Positions 9,477 to 20,229 of a stretch of DNA of 64,000 bases are shown here, one piece after another (positions within the stretch are counted from its first letter, which is position 1; the number at the start of each line of letters is the position of its first letter). Under the pieces are notes generated by a model. It saw only the letters and a program-made list of their open reading frames with translations, did not search any database and had not been told where the DNA came from. Source of the DNA: an uncultured Chloroflexia bacterium (GTDB taxonomy: Bacteria; Chloroflexota; Limnocylindria; Limnocylindrales; CSP1-4); contig CAVRFC010000005.1 of NCBI GenBank assembly GCA_963720315.1, positions 1,536,386 to 1,600,385 on the forward strand, read 5' to 3'. A program made the translations under genes and the position numbers.

Positions 9477-10152
9477 ATGTCGACACGCACTCCTCAGCCA
9501 GAGCAGCGCCGCATCCCGTTGAGCCGCGAGCGGGTGCTCGAAGCCGCCCTGAAGCTCGCCGATCAGGGCGGACTCGAGGTCACTCAGCATGCGCAAGCTC
9601 GGTCAGGCGCTCGGCGTCGAGGCGATGGCGCTCTACTACCACTTCGCGAACAAGGAGCGGGTCCTCGATGGCATCGTGGACCTCGTCTTCGGCGAGATCG
9701 AGCTGCCACAGATCGGCGCCGACTGGAAGTCGGCCATGCGCCGGCGGGCGATCTCGGTCCGCGATGCGCTGCTGCGGCATCGATGGGCGATCGGGCTGAT
9801 GGAGTCGCGGACCAACCCCGGTCCGGCGAACCTTCGACACCACGACGCGGTCATCGGGTGTCTTCGGGCGGCCGGTTTCGACATGGCCGCGACCGCGACC
9901 GCCTACTCGCTCCTGGACAGCTATATCTACGGATTCGCCCTGACAAAGATGAACCTCCCGTTCGATGACACGAGCGACATCGTCGAGCTGTCAGAGACCA
10001 TGCTCGCGCCCTTCGCGCCCGGTGAGTACCAGAACCTGGCCGACTTCATCACCGAGCACGCCATGAAGCCCGGCTACGACTACGCGGACGAGTTCGAGTA
10101 CGGCCTCGATGTGATCCTGGATGGCCTCGAACGGGCGCGAGGTCCAATCTGA
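9477..10152 (+). CDS. TetR/AcrR-family regulator with TetR_C domain (frameshift near 9580, probably an assembly error)
   Basis: LSRERVLEAALKLADQGGLE / MRKLGQALGVEAMALYYHFANK..FEYGLDVILDGLE in two frames. Confidence 0.85.
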
Positions 10153-10210
10153 GGGCCGCACATCGCCGCCGGGCGGCGGGGTCGTCGCCGCCGATAGAGT
10201 CACGAGCACG

Positions 10211-11087
10211 ATGAGCGGCACGTATCCACGCATCGATGCGCATCACCACTTCTGGGACCCGGCCCGAGCCTCCTATCCGTGGCTGGCCGGCGAAGAGATG
10301 GCTCCCATCCGCAGGCCCTTTGGTCCGGAAGACCTCGCGCCGGAGCTCGCGGCTCAGGACATCTCCGGGACGGTGCTCGTCCAGACGATCTCGAGTCTCG
10401 ACGAGACGCGCGGCTTCCTTGAGCTGGCGACCCAATGGGATTTCATCTGGGGCGTCGTTGGTTGGGTCGATCTCACGTCAGCCGCGGTTGGCGATGATCT
10501 CGACGCTCTGATGGACGGCCCCGGCGGTGACCGCCTCGTCGGCGTCCGGCACCAGGTCCACGACGAGATCGACCCGGACTGGCTGCGTCGGGCGGACGTT
10601 CGCCGCGGGCTCGGCGCCGTGCAGGCTCGCGGGCTCCGGTACGACCTCCTCGTGCGCCAGCGCGAGCTGCCAGCGGCGGCGGACACGGTTGCGTCAATGC
10701 CGAACCTCCAATTCGTGCTCGATCACATTGCCAAGCCGCGGATTGCCGATGGCGAGGATGTCGCATGGCGGGAGCAGATGCCTGCGATGGCCGCGCTCCC
10801 GAACGTCGCTGTGAAGCTCTCCGGCTTGGTCACCGAGGCTGGCTGGGCTTCGTGGACGCCAGCCGACCTGCGCCCGTTTGTCCGGTCGGTTGCGGACTGG
10901 TTCGGCGTCGAGAGACTCATGTTCGGATCCGATTGGCCGGTCTGCCTGCTCGCCGCGACCTACGCCGGCGTCGTCGGCGGCCTCGAGCAGGCCCTCGGAG
11001 AACAGTCAGACCGAGGACAACGCTCGAGTCTTCGGCTTGAACGCCGAGCGCATTTACGGCCTTCGCGAGCGGCCGGCCGTCCGTTAG
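10211..11087 (+). CDS. Amidohydrolase_2 family (L-fucono-1,5-lactonase-like); frameshift near 11010
   Basis: IDAHHHFW, VGVRH, VLDHIAKP, KLSGL and MFGSDWPV; C-terminal VFGLNAERIYGL in the shifted frame. Confidence 0.85.
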
Positions 11088-12807
11088 CGGCAGATGTCGT
11101 CCCCGAGAGCGAGGTCGTACGCGCCCAGCCGACCGGCGAGGACGCTGACCGAGCCGTCGGACGCGTCGTAGGCGGTGATCGAGGCGCCGAACTCCGGCCC
11201 AGGAACGCCGGCGGCGGGCGTGCGCGCCAGACGCCGCCGCGAAAACGTGTCGGCCGTCCGCGCTGACCGCGATCGAGGTGAAGTCCGCCTGCGCCGCCCA
11301 GTGGCCGAGAGGGGCGAGGGTCGAGGCATCGAACGCGTAGACCCCGGCCGAGTCTCGGAGCCGCCCGAATCCGATGACGCGATCCCGAGGGTGTAGACCC
11401 GCGTTCCATCGGCGCTGGCGACGATGAGGTCGCCCGGCGGTTCGCCGCGCCGGTACGATCGGATCGCTGGGGCTCGCCAACGCTCAGCTCGCCGTTCCGG
11501 AGGTCGAGTCGCGAGAGGACGTTTGAACGGGTTCCAGGCGTAGAAGGCGTCGCCCGAGGGGGCACCATCGTGCCCGTCTCGATCCCACCAAGGCTCTCGA
11601 GGAATTCGGTCGTGGTCACGAGCCGGCCGTCGGCGGCAATTCGCTTCACCAGCAGCGAACCGGACGACGACGAGCACGCCGCGTAGTAGACCGCCCCGTC
11701 GGCGGGCTCCCCGCCGATCAGTCCTGCATCTAATTCGATGCAGACGTCGGGAGAGGTTGCGCCGGCGTTGGCCAGGGTGCCGATCGATCGTCCGTCGAAC
11801 GACGCCAGCCAGTGCTCGGTATATGAGCCCGGCCCGCTGCCCGTTTCGTCGACCGACGCCAGGATCGCGAGGAGGATCCGATCGCCGGCGGGCGCCAAGC
11901 GCACGATCGGCGCGAACGGCAGGCGCGCTCGGCCGTCAACGACGATCGGTTGATCGAGCAGGAATTGGGTCGAGGCGATGGTCGCGAGGGACTCGAGGTC
12001 GATCACGTCGGCCCCGACCTGCCAGCCGGCGGCGCCGTCCCGATAGACCCATCCGACCAGAGCGAGCCGGCCATCCGGCGACGGCGTCACGCTCACGTCG
12101 GCGACGTATGGCTGCAGGTCATCCGACTCGTTCGGATCGCGGGTGCCGACGACGTCCCGGATCGGCAGTGACTCGCCGAGGACGCCGTCGGCGCCGACCG
12201 CTGTCGCCGACAACGGGATGGCGTTCTGCCCCTCGCCGCAGATGCAGACCCAGCCACCGCCCGGGCGGGGGAGCAGCTCCGTCGGCCCCGTACCCTTCAC
12301 GATGATGATCGGCGACAGATCGCCCGTCGCGAGGTCGGCGAGGTGGTAGCCGCCGGACGTCTGGACCAGGAGGCGGGACGGGTCCGGCAGGTCGCCGTCG
12401 CGGAAGAGCTTCGGCATCGGAGAAGCGGCCGCCACCGCGCTCGCCGCCGGCACAGGACTCGAACTCGTGCCAGGGGAGGGCGACGATCCGAGTGTCCCGT
12501 GCTCGCCGCGCTGTGCCGTCAGCCACACTGCGGCGAGCGAGAGCGAGACCGTCGTGACGACCACAACCGCAGCGGCGGCCGCCCCGCGGAGCCCGCGGGG
12601 CCATCGCCAACCGGAAGCCCCGCCCGCGCCGCCGGCGCGACGGCCACGGCTGACCCGGTCGCGCCATGTGAGCACGTCGAGGCGCTGGGGCGGCATCGTC
12701 CACTCGTCGGTGACATCCCGGACGAGGAGCGCGAGGGCCGCATCATCGAGTGGGGCTCGATCGGTCGTGGTCGGGCGATTGGGATCCATTGGGGTACCTC
12801 GGCTCAT
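11084..12807 (-). CDS. Single-TM protein with a large extracytoplasmic beta-rich domain, candidate anti-sigma factor (several frameshifts at 11200-11570)
   Basis: ATGA overlap with the ECF gene; TM segment; SPDGR/SADGT/SADGR propeller-like motifs spread over three frames. Confidence 0.55.
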
Positions 12808-13367
12808 CGAGCGGCTCGTTTCGGGACGGCTGGGTCGGAGTCGGGAGTCACGCCGTCCGCGGTCAGGCGCGCACGAAGCGCCACATGAGCGCGGCTGAGG
12901 ATCGAGCCGACGTTCCCCGGACTGGTTCTGAGGAAGCCGGCAATCTCGGCGTAGTCGTAGCCGTAGTAGTGGCGGAGCACGAGCGCGGCGCGGACATCCG
13001 GGTTGAGGTCGGCTAGGGCACCTGCGACGAGGTCGCGGTCGCCGATGCCCGTCGACGGGTCCGAGCCCCAGGCGCCACCCGAGACCCGGCCGACCTGCGC
13101 CACCGCCGGCGCGGTGAGCCGGCGGACGCGCCGCCGTCGGAGGGCATCGAGCGCCGCGTGGCTGACGATGCCGTGGAGCCACGCCGTCAGTGAGCGGTTG
13201 CTGTCGTACTGATCCCAGCGCTCGAATGCGCGAGCGAAGGTGTCCTGTGTCGCATCTACCGCGGCGTCCGTGTCCCGCAGGATCGCGAAGGCCACGCGGT
13301 ACACATCGTCCGCATGATCCCGGTACGCCCGGTCGACAAAATCGCGCCGCAGGTCTTGTTCGGTCAC
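12804..13367 (-). CDS. ECF (sigma-70 group 4) RNA polymerase sigma factor
   Basis: DAAVDATQDTFARAF..AWLHGIV (region 2); LRHYYGYDYAEIAGFL..GNVGSILSRAH (region 4). Confidence 0.85.
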   Translation of the reverse strand: MTEQDLRRDFVDRAYRDHADDVYRVAFAILRDTDAAVDATQDTFARAFERWDQYDSNRSLTAWLHGIVSHAALDALRRRRVRRLTAPAVAQVGRVSGGAWGSDPSTGIGDRDLVAGALADLNPDVRAALVLRHYYGYDYAEIAGFLRTSPGNVGSILSRAHVALRARLTADGVTPDSDPAVPKRAAR

Positions 13368-13518
13368 GACATCTCTACGCGCCGGCTCTGCGGATCCTTG
13401 CAATGACCCGATGCCGATCGTCTCACGCGTACAACCAGGCCTCCGAAACGCGTTCGTCTCATCCTTCAGATCCGTTGACATGCCGACGACGAACTCGAGG
13501 TGGGAGGGTTCACCCGAT

Positions 13519-14139
13519 ATGGCCTTCGATATGTACGTCTGGAAAGCCCCGCGCGACCTCGACGACGACCAAGCCGCTTCGCTCCTCGAGAGCTGGCAGG
13601 AGGCAGGCGGCGATCCCACCACGAGCCCGTTTGAGCAGAACACCGACGTCGGGTGGTTCTACCGGGAGCTCTTGAAGGATGTCCCAGGCGTCGTGGCGAA
13701 GTCGGATGCCGTGGGGAATCCGAGCTCGGCGCCGATCTGGCTTGCGGCGACGGACGAACCGCCCGCGCGGGTCGTGGGCATCAGCGTGGCCCCGACCGCA
13801 CCGCGCGACACGCTCGAGGTGATCTTCGGGCTCGCGGCGAAGTACGACCTCATCGTGTTCGACGCCCGGAACCGGCGCGTCCACCTGCCGCTCGACGAGA
13901 TGGCCGCCCACGCCAGCGCGACGTTCTGGCCCGGCGGCGCGATACAGGGCGCAGTCGCAGGCGGCATCGGTGGCGCGATCGCGGTTGTCGCCTGGCTTCT
14001 CGCGATCCCAGTGCTCAGCGGGCTGCTCGTAGTCGTCGGCGGGTTCATGGTCGTGATGGCCGTGTACACGTTCATCCACGAGGGCCGCAAGACCGCGAAG
14101 AACGGCCGAACAGGAGGCGACCCGCCTCTGCGCGGATGA
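13519..14139 (+). CDS. Hypothetical protein with two C-terminal TM helices
   Basis: GGGAGG RBS; MAFDMYVW start; coding-like codon use. Confidence 0.65.
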   Translation: MAFDMYVWKAPRDLDDDQAASLLESWQEAGGDPTTSPFEQNTDVGWFYRELLKDVPGVVAKSDAVGNPSSAPIWLAATDEPPARVVGISVAPTAPRDTLEVIFGLAAKYDLIVFDARNRRVHLPLDEMAAHASATFWPGGAIQGAVAGGIGGAIAVVAWLLAIPVLSGLLVVVGGFMVVMAVYTFIHEGRKTAKNGRTGGDPPLRG

Positions 14140-14328
14140 CAAGCGGGACACGCTGAGCTCGGCGGCGAGGCTGCGCGTCATCGATCGCGGGGGGCCGTTC
14201 GGCCCCCCGCCGAGAGTCGAAATTGCCCGTCACTTGGGTCGGCATGGCCCGTAGCCCGGATCCACCTCGTGTCCGACGCTGTCTCCTGACAAGAACCACT
14301 AGAGAAACAGTCAGGAAGGGTTGGAACC

Positions 14329-15021
14329 ATGAACGGTCGATTGAAGATCCTGGGCGCCATGATGGCGGTCATCGGCCTCGCGTTCATCGCGGGCGGAGGC
14401 TACGCCCTCTACAAGACGAACCAGGGATCACAGGCGCTGCAGGCATTCAGTGCCGCGCAGAACGTCACCCTCAATTACAACGAAGAGGGACAGCTCGTCG
14501 ACCGCGGCGAGACCGAAGGCGCCGCCGCGATCATGTCGCTTCTGACAAACGACTGGGGCTTCACGGTCGATGCAGCCGAACTCAACCCGAATGACCCGCT
14601 GGTCAACACTGCCAGCGAGTACATGTACCAGATGGCGACGATTTCCTACCACACCCTCCACGCGACGACGAGCGTCACCTTTGCCGAGGACGTCGTGGTC
14701 GACGGCGCGGTCGTCACCAAGGCCGGAACGTACGAATTCGTGAACACCGGCAAGTATTGGACCGGCTTCGACCGAACCAACCCGATCGAGGGTGCCGCTC
14801 GCGAGAAGGTCTGGACAGGCACGGCGCTTGCCCTGATCGGCCAGCTCGGAGTCGGCAGCGTGACCGCCTCGGCTCTCCAGATCGGGCTTGGCATGGCCGC
14901 CCTCCTCGCCGGCTTCGGCTTCGCATTCCTGCTCACCGGCCTCGGCCTGGTGTGGGCGACGCGGGCCCAGACCAAGCGGGTCAAGGCCCCGGTCCTCCGA
15001 CCGGCGACCACCCTCGCCTAA
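14329..15021 (+). CDS. Conserved hypothetical membrane protein heading the DosR-like cluster
   Basis: N- and C-terminal TM helices with a soluble loop; RBS; strong GC3 bias. Confidence 0.7.
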   Translation: MNGRLKILGAMMAVIGLAFIAGGGYALYKTNQGSQALQAFSAAQNVTLNYNEEGQLVDRGETEGAAAIMSLLTNDWGFTVDAAELNPNDPLVNTASEYMYQMATISYHTLHATTSVTFAEDVVVDGAVVTKAGTYEFVNTGKYWTGFDRTNPIEGAAREKVWTGTALALIGQLGVGSVTASALQIGLGMAALLAGFGFAFLLTGLGLVWATRAQTKRVKAPVLRPATTLA

Positions 15022-15109
15022 CAATCACCACCGGGTCCTCGACCCGGAGTCCCCAGCCACCTCCGACGCGCCGGGTCCCCAGCCCGGCGCTTCGGCTTCG
15101 GAGGCCGCC

Positions 15110-15607
15110 ATGTTCCCCACTCCCGACCCGAAGCCCGCGGAAGGTCTGCCGCCCGACATCCGTCGGGTCCTGCTGGGCACGGATCTCGGCCACACGTCTG
15201 AGCTGGCCACCGACCGAGCCTTCGACCTGGCTCGGCGCCACGGCGCGGACCTGCTCGTCGTCAGTGTCATCGATCCAGGCGACCTGCGCCAAACGGCCAG
15301 TCGTGTCGGCATCCGTTGGGACCAGGTCCGCGACGGCCGTCACGAGGCCGCCCAGGCGCTGGTCGCGCGAGGCCGGGCGATGGGGGTCGCGGTGTCGTTC
15401 CTGGTCTGGACGGGAGACCCGGGCGAATCGATCGTGTCGGCCGCCGAAGCGGAGGGCGCCGACCTGGTCGTGGTCGGGACGCACGGGCGCGGAACGATTG
15501 GGCGTCTCCTCCTCGGCTCCGTCTCTGACCACGTCGTGCGCAATGCGTCGTGTCCCGTGCTCGTCGTTCGGCCCTCATCGCGTCGGTCGGACCGACCCGC
15601 CGCCTGA
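15110..15607 (+). CDS. Universal stress protein
   Basis: VLLGTD..ADLVVVGTHGRG..LLGSVSDHVVRNASCPVLVV. Confidence 0.9.
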   Translation: MFPTPDPKPAEGLPPDIRRVLLGTDLGHTSELATDRAFDLARRHGADLLVVSVIDPGDLRQTASRVGIRWDQVRDGRHEAAQALVARGRAMGVAVSFLVWTGDPGESIVSAAEAEGADLVVVGTHGRGTIGRLLLGSVSDHVVRNASCPVLVVRPSSRRSDRPAA

Positions 15608-15643
15608 CCTGCCGCCGCACCGGCGCGCTGTACCGTTATCGGC

Positions 15644-16816
15644 ATGGCTGAGTCCCGCGACACCAGTTCTGGCGCGGCGCTCGTCGCGCTGAGCGATGCC
15701 GTCGGTGCCGTGGCCGGCGAGCTCGACGTAGAGACAGTGCTCCAGTTGATCGTCGATCGTGTCCGCAGCCTTGTGGGTGCTCATTACGCGGCACTCGGGA
15801 TCGTGGATGAACAGCGGCGCATCGAGCGCTTCATTACGAGCGGCATCTCGGCGGCGAAACGGGCGGAGCTCGGAGCGCTACCCGAGGGCCACGGGCTCCT
15901 AGGGCTGATCATCACCGAAGGCCGCTCGCTCCGGGTTCCGGACATCGGCGCGCATCCGGCCAGCTCCGGCTTTCCGCCGCACCACCCGCCGATGCGATCG
16001 CTGCTCGGCGTGCCGGTCAGGATCAAGGGCCGCATCATCGGCAACTTCTATCTGACCGACAAGGACGCCGCGGTCGAGTTCAGCGACGCCGACCAGCGGC
16101 TCATCGAGCTGTTCGCGCTGCACGCCGGGATTGCCATCGAGAACGCCCGACTGCACGAGGCCGTAGGGCGCATCGCCGTGATCGACGAGCGGGACCGGAT
16201 CGGCAAGGACCTGCACGACGGCATCATCCAGAGCATGTATGCCGTGTCGCTCTCGCTCGAGGACATGCCGGAGCTGATGGACGAGGATCCCGCCGAGGCT
16301 CGGGCGCGTGTCGATCGCGCGATCGACTCGTTGCACGACACGATCCGGGAGCTCCGCGGATTCATTTTCGGGCTGCGGCCCGAGCTGGTCGATCGGACCG
16401 ACCTCGTCGGCCTCCTGGTCGCCCTTGCCGAGCAGCTCCGTCAAAACAGCCTGGTGGACGTCGTCCTGGACCTGCCCGACGGTCTCGTCGAGCCTCCGGC
16501 ACATGTTCGCGCGGAGCTCTTGCAGATCGCCCGCGAATCTCTGTCCAACGTGGCCCGCCACGCCCGAGCGACCAAAACGACCGTGCGGCTTGCGCCCGAA
16601 GGGTCGGACCTGGTGCTCGAGATCCACGACAACGGCCGAGGCTTCGAGCCTATGGCGACGCCGCCGCACGGCCACTACGGCCTTGCCAACATGCACGACC
16701 GGGCGAAGGCGCTCCATGGCGACCTCGTGGTGGAGAGTGGCCCGGGCTCCGGGACCCGTATCATCGTCCGGATCCCAGTTGCAGGGTACGGAGAGGCCGC
16801 CAGAGCCGATGACTGA
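15644..16816 (+). CDS. GAF-domain sensor histidine kinase (DosS/DevS-like, HisKA_3)
   Basis: AHYAALG..HPASSGFPPHHPPMRSLLGVP GAF domain; ERDRIGKDLHDGIIQ; HDNGRGF and GLANM. Confidence 0.9.
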   Translation: MAESRDTSSGAALVALSDAVGAVAGELDVETVLQLIVDRVRSLVGAHYAALGIVDEQRRIERFITSGISAAKRAELGALPEGHGLLGLIITEGRSLRVPDIGAHPASSGFPPHHPPMRSLLGVPVRIKGRIIGNFYLTDKDAAVEFSDADQRLIELFALHAGIAIENARLHEAVGRIAVIDERDRIGKDLHDGIIQSMYAVSLSLEDMPELMDEDPAEARARVDRAIDSLHDTIRELRGFIFGLRPELVDRTDLVGLLVALAEQLRQNSLVDVVLDLPDGLVEPPAHVRAELLQIARESLSNVARHARATKTTVRLAPEGSDLVLEIHDNGRGFEPMATPPHGHYGLANMHDRAKALHGDLVVESGPGSGTRIIVRIPVAGYGEAARADD

Positions 16817-17498
16817 CGAACCTACGTCCCCGGTTGGAAGGCCGACCTCCCTGCGTCTCCTCGTCGTCGATGACCATGAGGTTGTCCGTCAGGGTCTGGT
16901 CGCGCTCCTCGACCGGCGCGAGGGCTTCGAGGTCGTCGCCCAGGCCGGCACGGTTGCGGAATCGATCGAACAGGCGCGCGCACATCAGCCCGACATCGTC
17001 GTGATGGATGTCCGGCTTCCCGACGGCTCCGGGATCGAGGCGTGTCGCGAGATCCGGGCGGAGCTGCCCGGGACCAGGGTCGTCATGCTCACCTCGTACC
17101 CGGACGAGGAGGCGGTCCTCTCGGCGATCATCGCCGGGGCCTCCGGCTACCTGCTCAAGCAGATCCGGGCGCGCGACCTTGTGGCCGCACTCGAGACGGT
17201 CGGTCGCGGCGAGTCGCTGCTCGACCCCGGGGTCACGGAGAAGGTCCTCGAGCGGATCCGACGCATGGCATCCGGCGCCGACACGGACGAGTTGTCGAGC
17301 CTGACCGCGCAGGAACGCAAGATCCTGATGCTGGTGGCGGAGGGCAAGACCAACAAGGAGATCGCGGCGGACGTCTTCCTGTCGGACAAGACCGTGAAGA
17401 ACTACGTGAGCTCGATTCTCTCGAAGCTCAACCTTGAGCGCCGGGCGCAGGCCGCGGCTTTCGTGGCGAAGCACCGGAGCGGCCACCAGGGCGACTAA
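16809..17498 (+). CDS. NarL/LuxR response regulator (DosR/DevR-like)
   Basis: VVDDHEVVRQGL, DVRLPDGSGIEACR and KTVKNYVSSILSKL..RRAQAA closely follow DevR. Confidence 0.9.
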   Translation: MTDEPTSPVGRPTSLRLLVVDDHEVVRQGLVALLDRREGFEVVAQAGTVAESIEQARAHQPDIVVMDVRLPDGSGIEACREIRAELPGTRVVMLTSYPDEEAVLSAIIAGASGYLLKQIRARDLVAALETVGRGESLLDPGVTEKVLERIRRMASGADTDELSSLTAQERKILMLVAEGKTNKEIAADVFLSDKTVKNYVSSILSKLNLERRAQAAAFVAKHRSGHQGD

Positions 17499-17520
17499 CC
17501 GCCGACCGGACGAGGCGGGG

Positions 17521-17556
17521 GGGCCTTCTGGCCCGTTCGGTTCGGGCCACCTGCCC
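17521..17556 (+). promoter_or_regulatory. Putative DosR-type boxes upstream of the multicopper oxidase
   Basis: GGGCCTTCTGGCCC (17521) and GGGCCACCTGCCC (17544); similar GGGCCGTTCGGCCC at 14192. Confidence 0.4.
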
Positions 17557-17592
17557 GTGCGCCGTCGCTCCCCCGCGGCGCATGATGCCGGC

Positions 17593-18885
17593 ATGTCGAC
17601 CAACAGCGCCGCCCCAATCGTCACTCGTGATCCCCATGTCCAGCCGCTCGACCGTCCGGAACCACCCCCAGACCTGACCCGGCGCGGGTTCTTGCGTGCT
17701 GCCGCGGTCACCGGGACCGGCCTGGTCGCGGTCGGCGTAGCTGCGTGTGCACCGGCGGCCACGGGCCCTGGCTGGTCGTACCGACCGACCGCCGCTCCCG
17801 CCGTCGGCGCGAGCCCATCGTCCGGCGCATCAGCCGCACCCTCGATGGCCCACGGCTCAGCCGCGCCCTCGGCCGCCCCATCGGCTGCTCCGGCAATGGA
17901 TCACGACGCGAACGCCCTCGCGGTCGTGGAGCGCTTCCTGGGTGGCGAGGGCGCTTCGCTCGAGAGGCAGGGCAATGTCCCGCTCGAGCCGCGGGTCGAG
18001 GGCGGCGTCAAGGTCTTCGAGATGACGGTCGAGGAGATGGACCACAAGATCGATGCCGTGAAGGACCCGGTCAAAGCCCTCGGCTTCAACGGCACCTGGC
18101 CCGGTCCGCGGCTGACCGTGGTCGAGGGCGACCGCGTTCGGGCCACGTTTACGAACAACATGGGCGAAAGCACCGGCATCCATTTCCACGGTCAGAAGCT
18201 GCCGAACAACATGGATGGCGTGCCGCATGTCACGCAGGACCCGATCCAGCCCGGCGACTCCTTCACGTACGAATTCGTGGCTCGGACACCTGGCTCGCAC
18301 ATGTACCACTCACACCACAACGCGACCGACCAGGTGGGGCGCGGGCTGCTTGGCGCCTTCATCGTCCAGCCGGCGGATCCCGCGGACCGTTACGAGCAGC
18401 TGTACGGCGCGACCCAGGACATCATCTGGGTGAGCAACGATTCGCTTGGCGGCTTCACGATCAACGGCCGCGGCTTTCCGGCAACGTCGCCGATCGTCGC
18501 GACGCTTGGCGACACGATCGTCATCCGGTTCATGAACGAGGGGAACATGATGCACCCGTGGCACCTCCACGGGATGCCGATGCGAGTCGTCGCGCGTGAC
18601 GGCTACCCGCTCGGGCCGGCGGCGTTCACCTGCGACACGCTGGGCGTCAACCCGGGCGAGCGATGGGACGTGGTGATCCGCTGCGATGAGCCAGGAGCAT
18701 GGGCCTTCCACTGCCACATCCTTCAGCACGCGGAGGGCCAGGACGGGATGTTCGGGATGGTCACGGCGCTCGTGGTCAAGGAGCCCGGCGCCGCCAGGCT
18801 GAGCCCGACGGAGAGCCCGGTCGTCACGGCCGCCCGCGCGACCGGATCGACGGCGCTCGTGTGCCAGGTACCGGCCGCCGGCTGA
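17593..18885 (+). CDS. Tat-exported two-domain multicopper oxidase (small laccase, type B-like)
   Basis: TRRGFL Tat motif and possible lipobox VAAC; HFHG, YHSH, HPWHLHG and HCHILQH..M copper ligands. Confidence 0.85.
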   Translation: MSTNSAAPIVTRDPHVQPLDRPEPPPDLTRRGFLRAAAVTGTGLVAVGVAACAPAATGPGWSYRPTAAPAVGASPSSGASAAPSMAHGSAAPSAAPSAAPAMDHDANALAVVERFLGGEGASLERQGNVPLEPRVEGGVKVFEMTVEEMDHKIDAVKDPVKALGFNGTWPGPRLTVVEGDRVRATFTNNMGESTGIHFHGQKLPNNMDGVPHVTQDPIQPGDSFTYEFVARTPGSHMYHSHHNATDQVGRGLLGAFIVQPADPADRYEQLYGATQDIIWVSNDSLGGFTINGRGFPATSPIVATLGDTIVIRFMNEGNMMHPWHLHGMPMRVVARDGYPLGPAAFTCDTLGVNPGERWDVVIRCDEPGAWAFHCHILQHAEGQDGMFGMVTALVVKEPGAARLSPTESPVVTAARATGSTALVCQVPAAG

Positions 18886-20144
18886 TGCGACTCGTCACCG
18901 CCGACGAGGCCGTCGCCGCGATCCGGTCCGGCAATCAGGTCTATGTCCACTGTGCGGCGGCCGCGCCGTCCGTCTTGCTCGACGCCTTGGTCGTGCGAGC
19001 GCCCGATCTGCGGGACGTTGGGATCATCCACCTCCATATCGAGGGTCCCGGGCCGCACCTCGCGCCGGCAATGGACGGTCACTTTCGGCACCGGGCGTTG
19101 TTCATCGGACCCAACGCCCGTGCGGCGGTGAACGAGGGTCGGGCGGACTACGTGCCGGTGTTCCTGTCCGACGTACCCCGACTCTTCGAATCGGGTGCCC
19201 TGCCGCTGGATGCGGTGCTGGTCAACGCAACGCCGCCCGATGTCCATGGTTTCTGCTCGCTCGGCACGTCGGTCGAAGCCATGCACGCGGCCGTCCGGGC
19301 CGCAAGGACGGTCATCGTCCAGTTCAACCGGGCGATGCCGCGGACACTCGGCGATAGCTTCATCCACGTGAACGACATCGACTTCGCGGTCGAGGTCGAC
19401 GTGCCACCGTACGAGCGGCCGATCGGCGAGATCGGGGAGATCGAGCGACAGATCGGCGCCCACGTCGCCGAGCTCGTGCCGGATGAGGCCACCCTGCAAT
19501 TGGGGATCGGCGCGATCCCGGCCGCCACCGCGCTGTTCCTGCGGGACAAGCGCGACCTCGGTATCCACACCGAGATGTTCACCGACTCGGTGGTCGACCT
19601 CGTGGAGGCGGGCGCCATCACCGGGGCTGCAAAGGAACGTAACCGCGGCAAGATCGTGACCGGCTTCGTGATGGGATCGCGCCGTCTCTACGACTTCGTC
19701 GACGACAACCCGATGGTCGAGATGCGGCCCGTCGACTTCACGAACGACACCTCGATCATCCGGACGTTTCGCAAGATGGTCGCCATCAATTCGGCCATCG
19801 AGATCGACCTGACCGGACAGGTGGTCGCGGACTCGATCGGCTCGCGGCCGTATTCGGGCGTGGGCGGCCAGATGGACTTCATCCGCGGCGCCGCGCTCGC
19901 CGACGAGGGCCGGGCGATCATCGCGCTGCCCTCGACGGCGGCCGGCGGCACCGTCTCGCGGATCACTCCCACCCTCAGGGAGGGTGCGGGCGTCGTCACT
20001 ACCCGAGCACACGTTCGGACCGTCGTGACCGAGTACGGCGTCACGGATCTGCTCGGTCGGAGCCTGCGAGAACGGGCCCAGGCGCTCATCGCGATCGCGC
20101 ACCCCGACTTCCGTGCTGAACTTCGGGCACACGCGGCGCTCTAG
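18885..20144 (+). CDS. Acetyl-CoA hydrolase/transferase (4-hydroxybutyrate CoA-transferase family)
   Basis: TLQLGIGAIP, GIHTEMF, SGVGGQMDF, VVTEYG and IAHPDFR. Confidence 0.9.
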   Translation: MRLVTADEAVAAIRSGNQVYVHCAAAAPSVLLDALVVRAPDLRDVGIIHLHIEGPGPHLAPAMDGHFRHRALFIGPNARAAVNEGRADYVPVFLSDVPRLFESGALPLDAVLVNATPPDVHGFCSLGTSVEAMHAAVRAARTVIVQFNRAMPRTLGDSFIHVNDIDFAVEVDVPPYERPIGEIGEIERQIGAHVAELVPDEATLQLGIGAIPAATALFLRDKRDLGIHTEMFTDSVVDLVEAGAITGAAKERNRGKIVTGFVMGSRRLYDFVDDNPMVEMRPVDFTNDTSIIRTFRKMVAINSAIEIDLTGQVVADSIGSRPYSGVGGQMDFIRGAALADEGRAIIALPSTAAGGTVSRITPTLREGAGVVTTRAHVRTVVTEYGVTDLLGRSLRERAQALIAIAHPDFRAELRAHAAL

Positions 20145-20229
20145 ACCACCGTGTGCCGGTGAGGACGGACGCGGAGACTGACGACACCTGACCACACGGA
20201 TCCACGTAGCGGCCCAGCCCACCACGGGT

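Noticed and set aside
17593-18885. Calling the multicopper protein NirK
   Set aside because: The type 1 Cys motif is in the C-terminal domain and the trinuclear HxH motifs are complete, fitting a two-domain laccase rather than NirK
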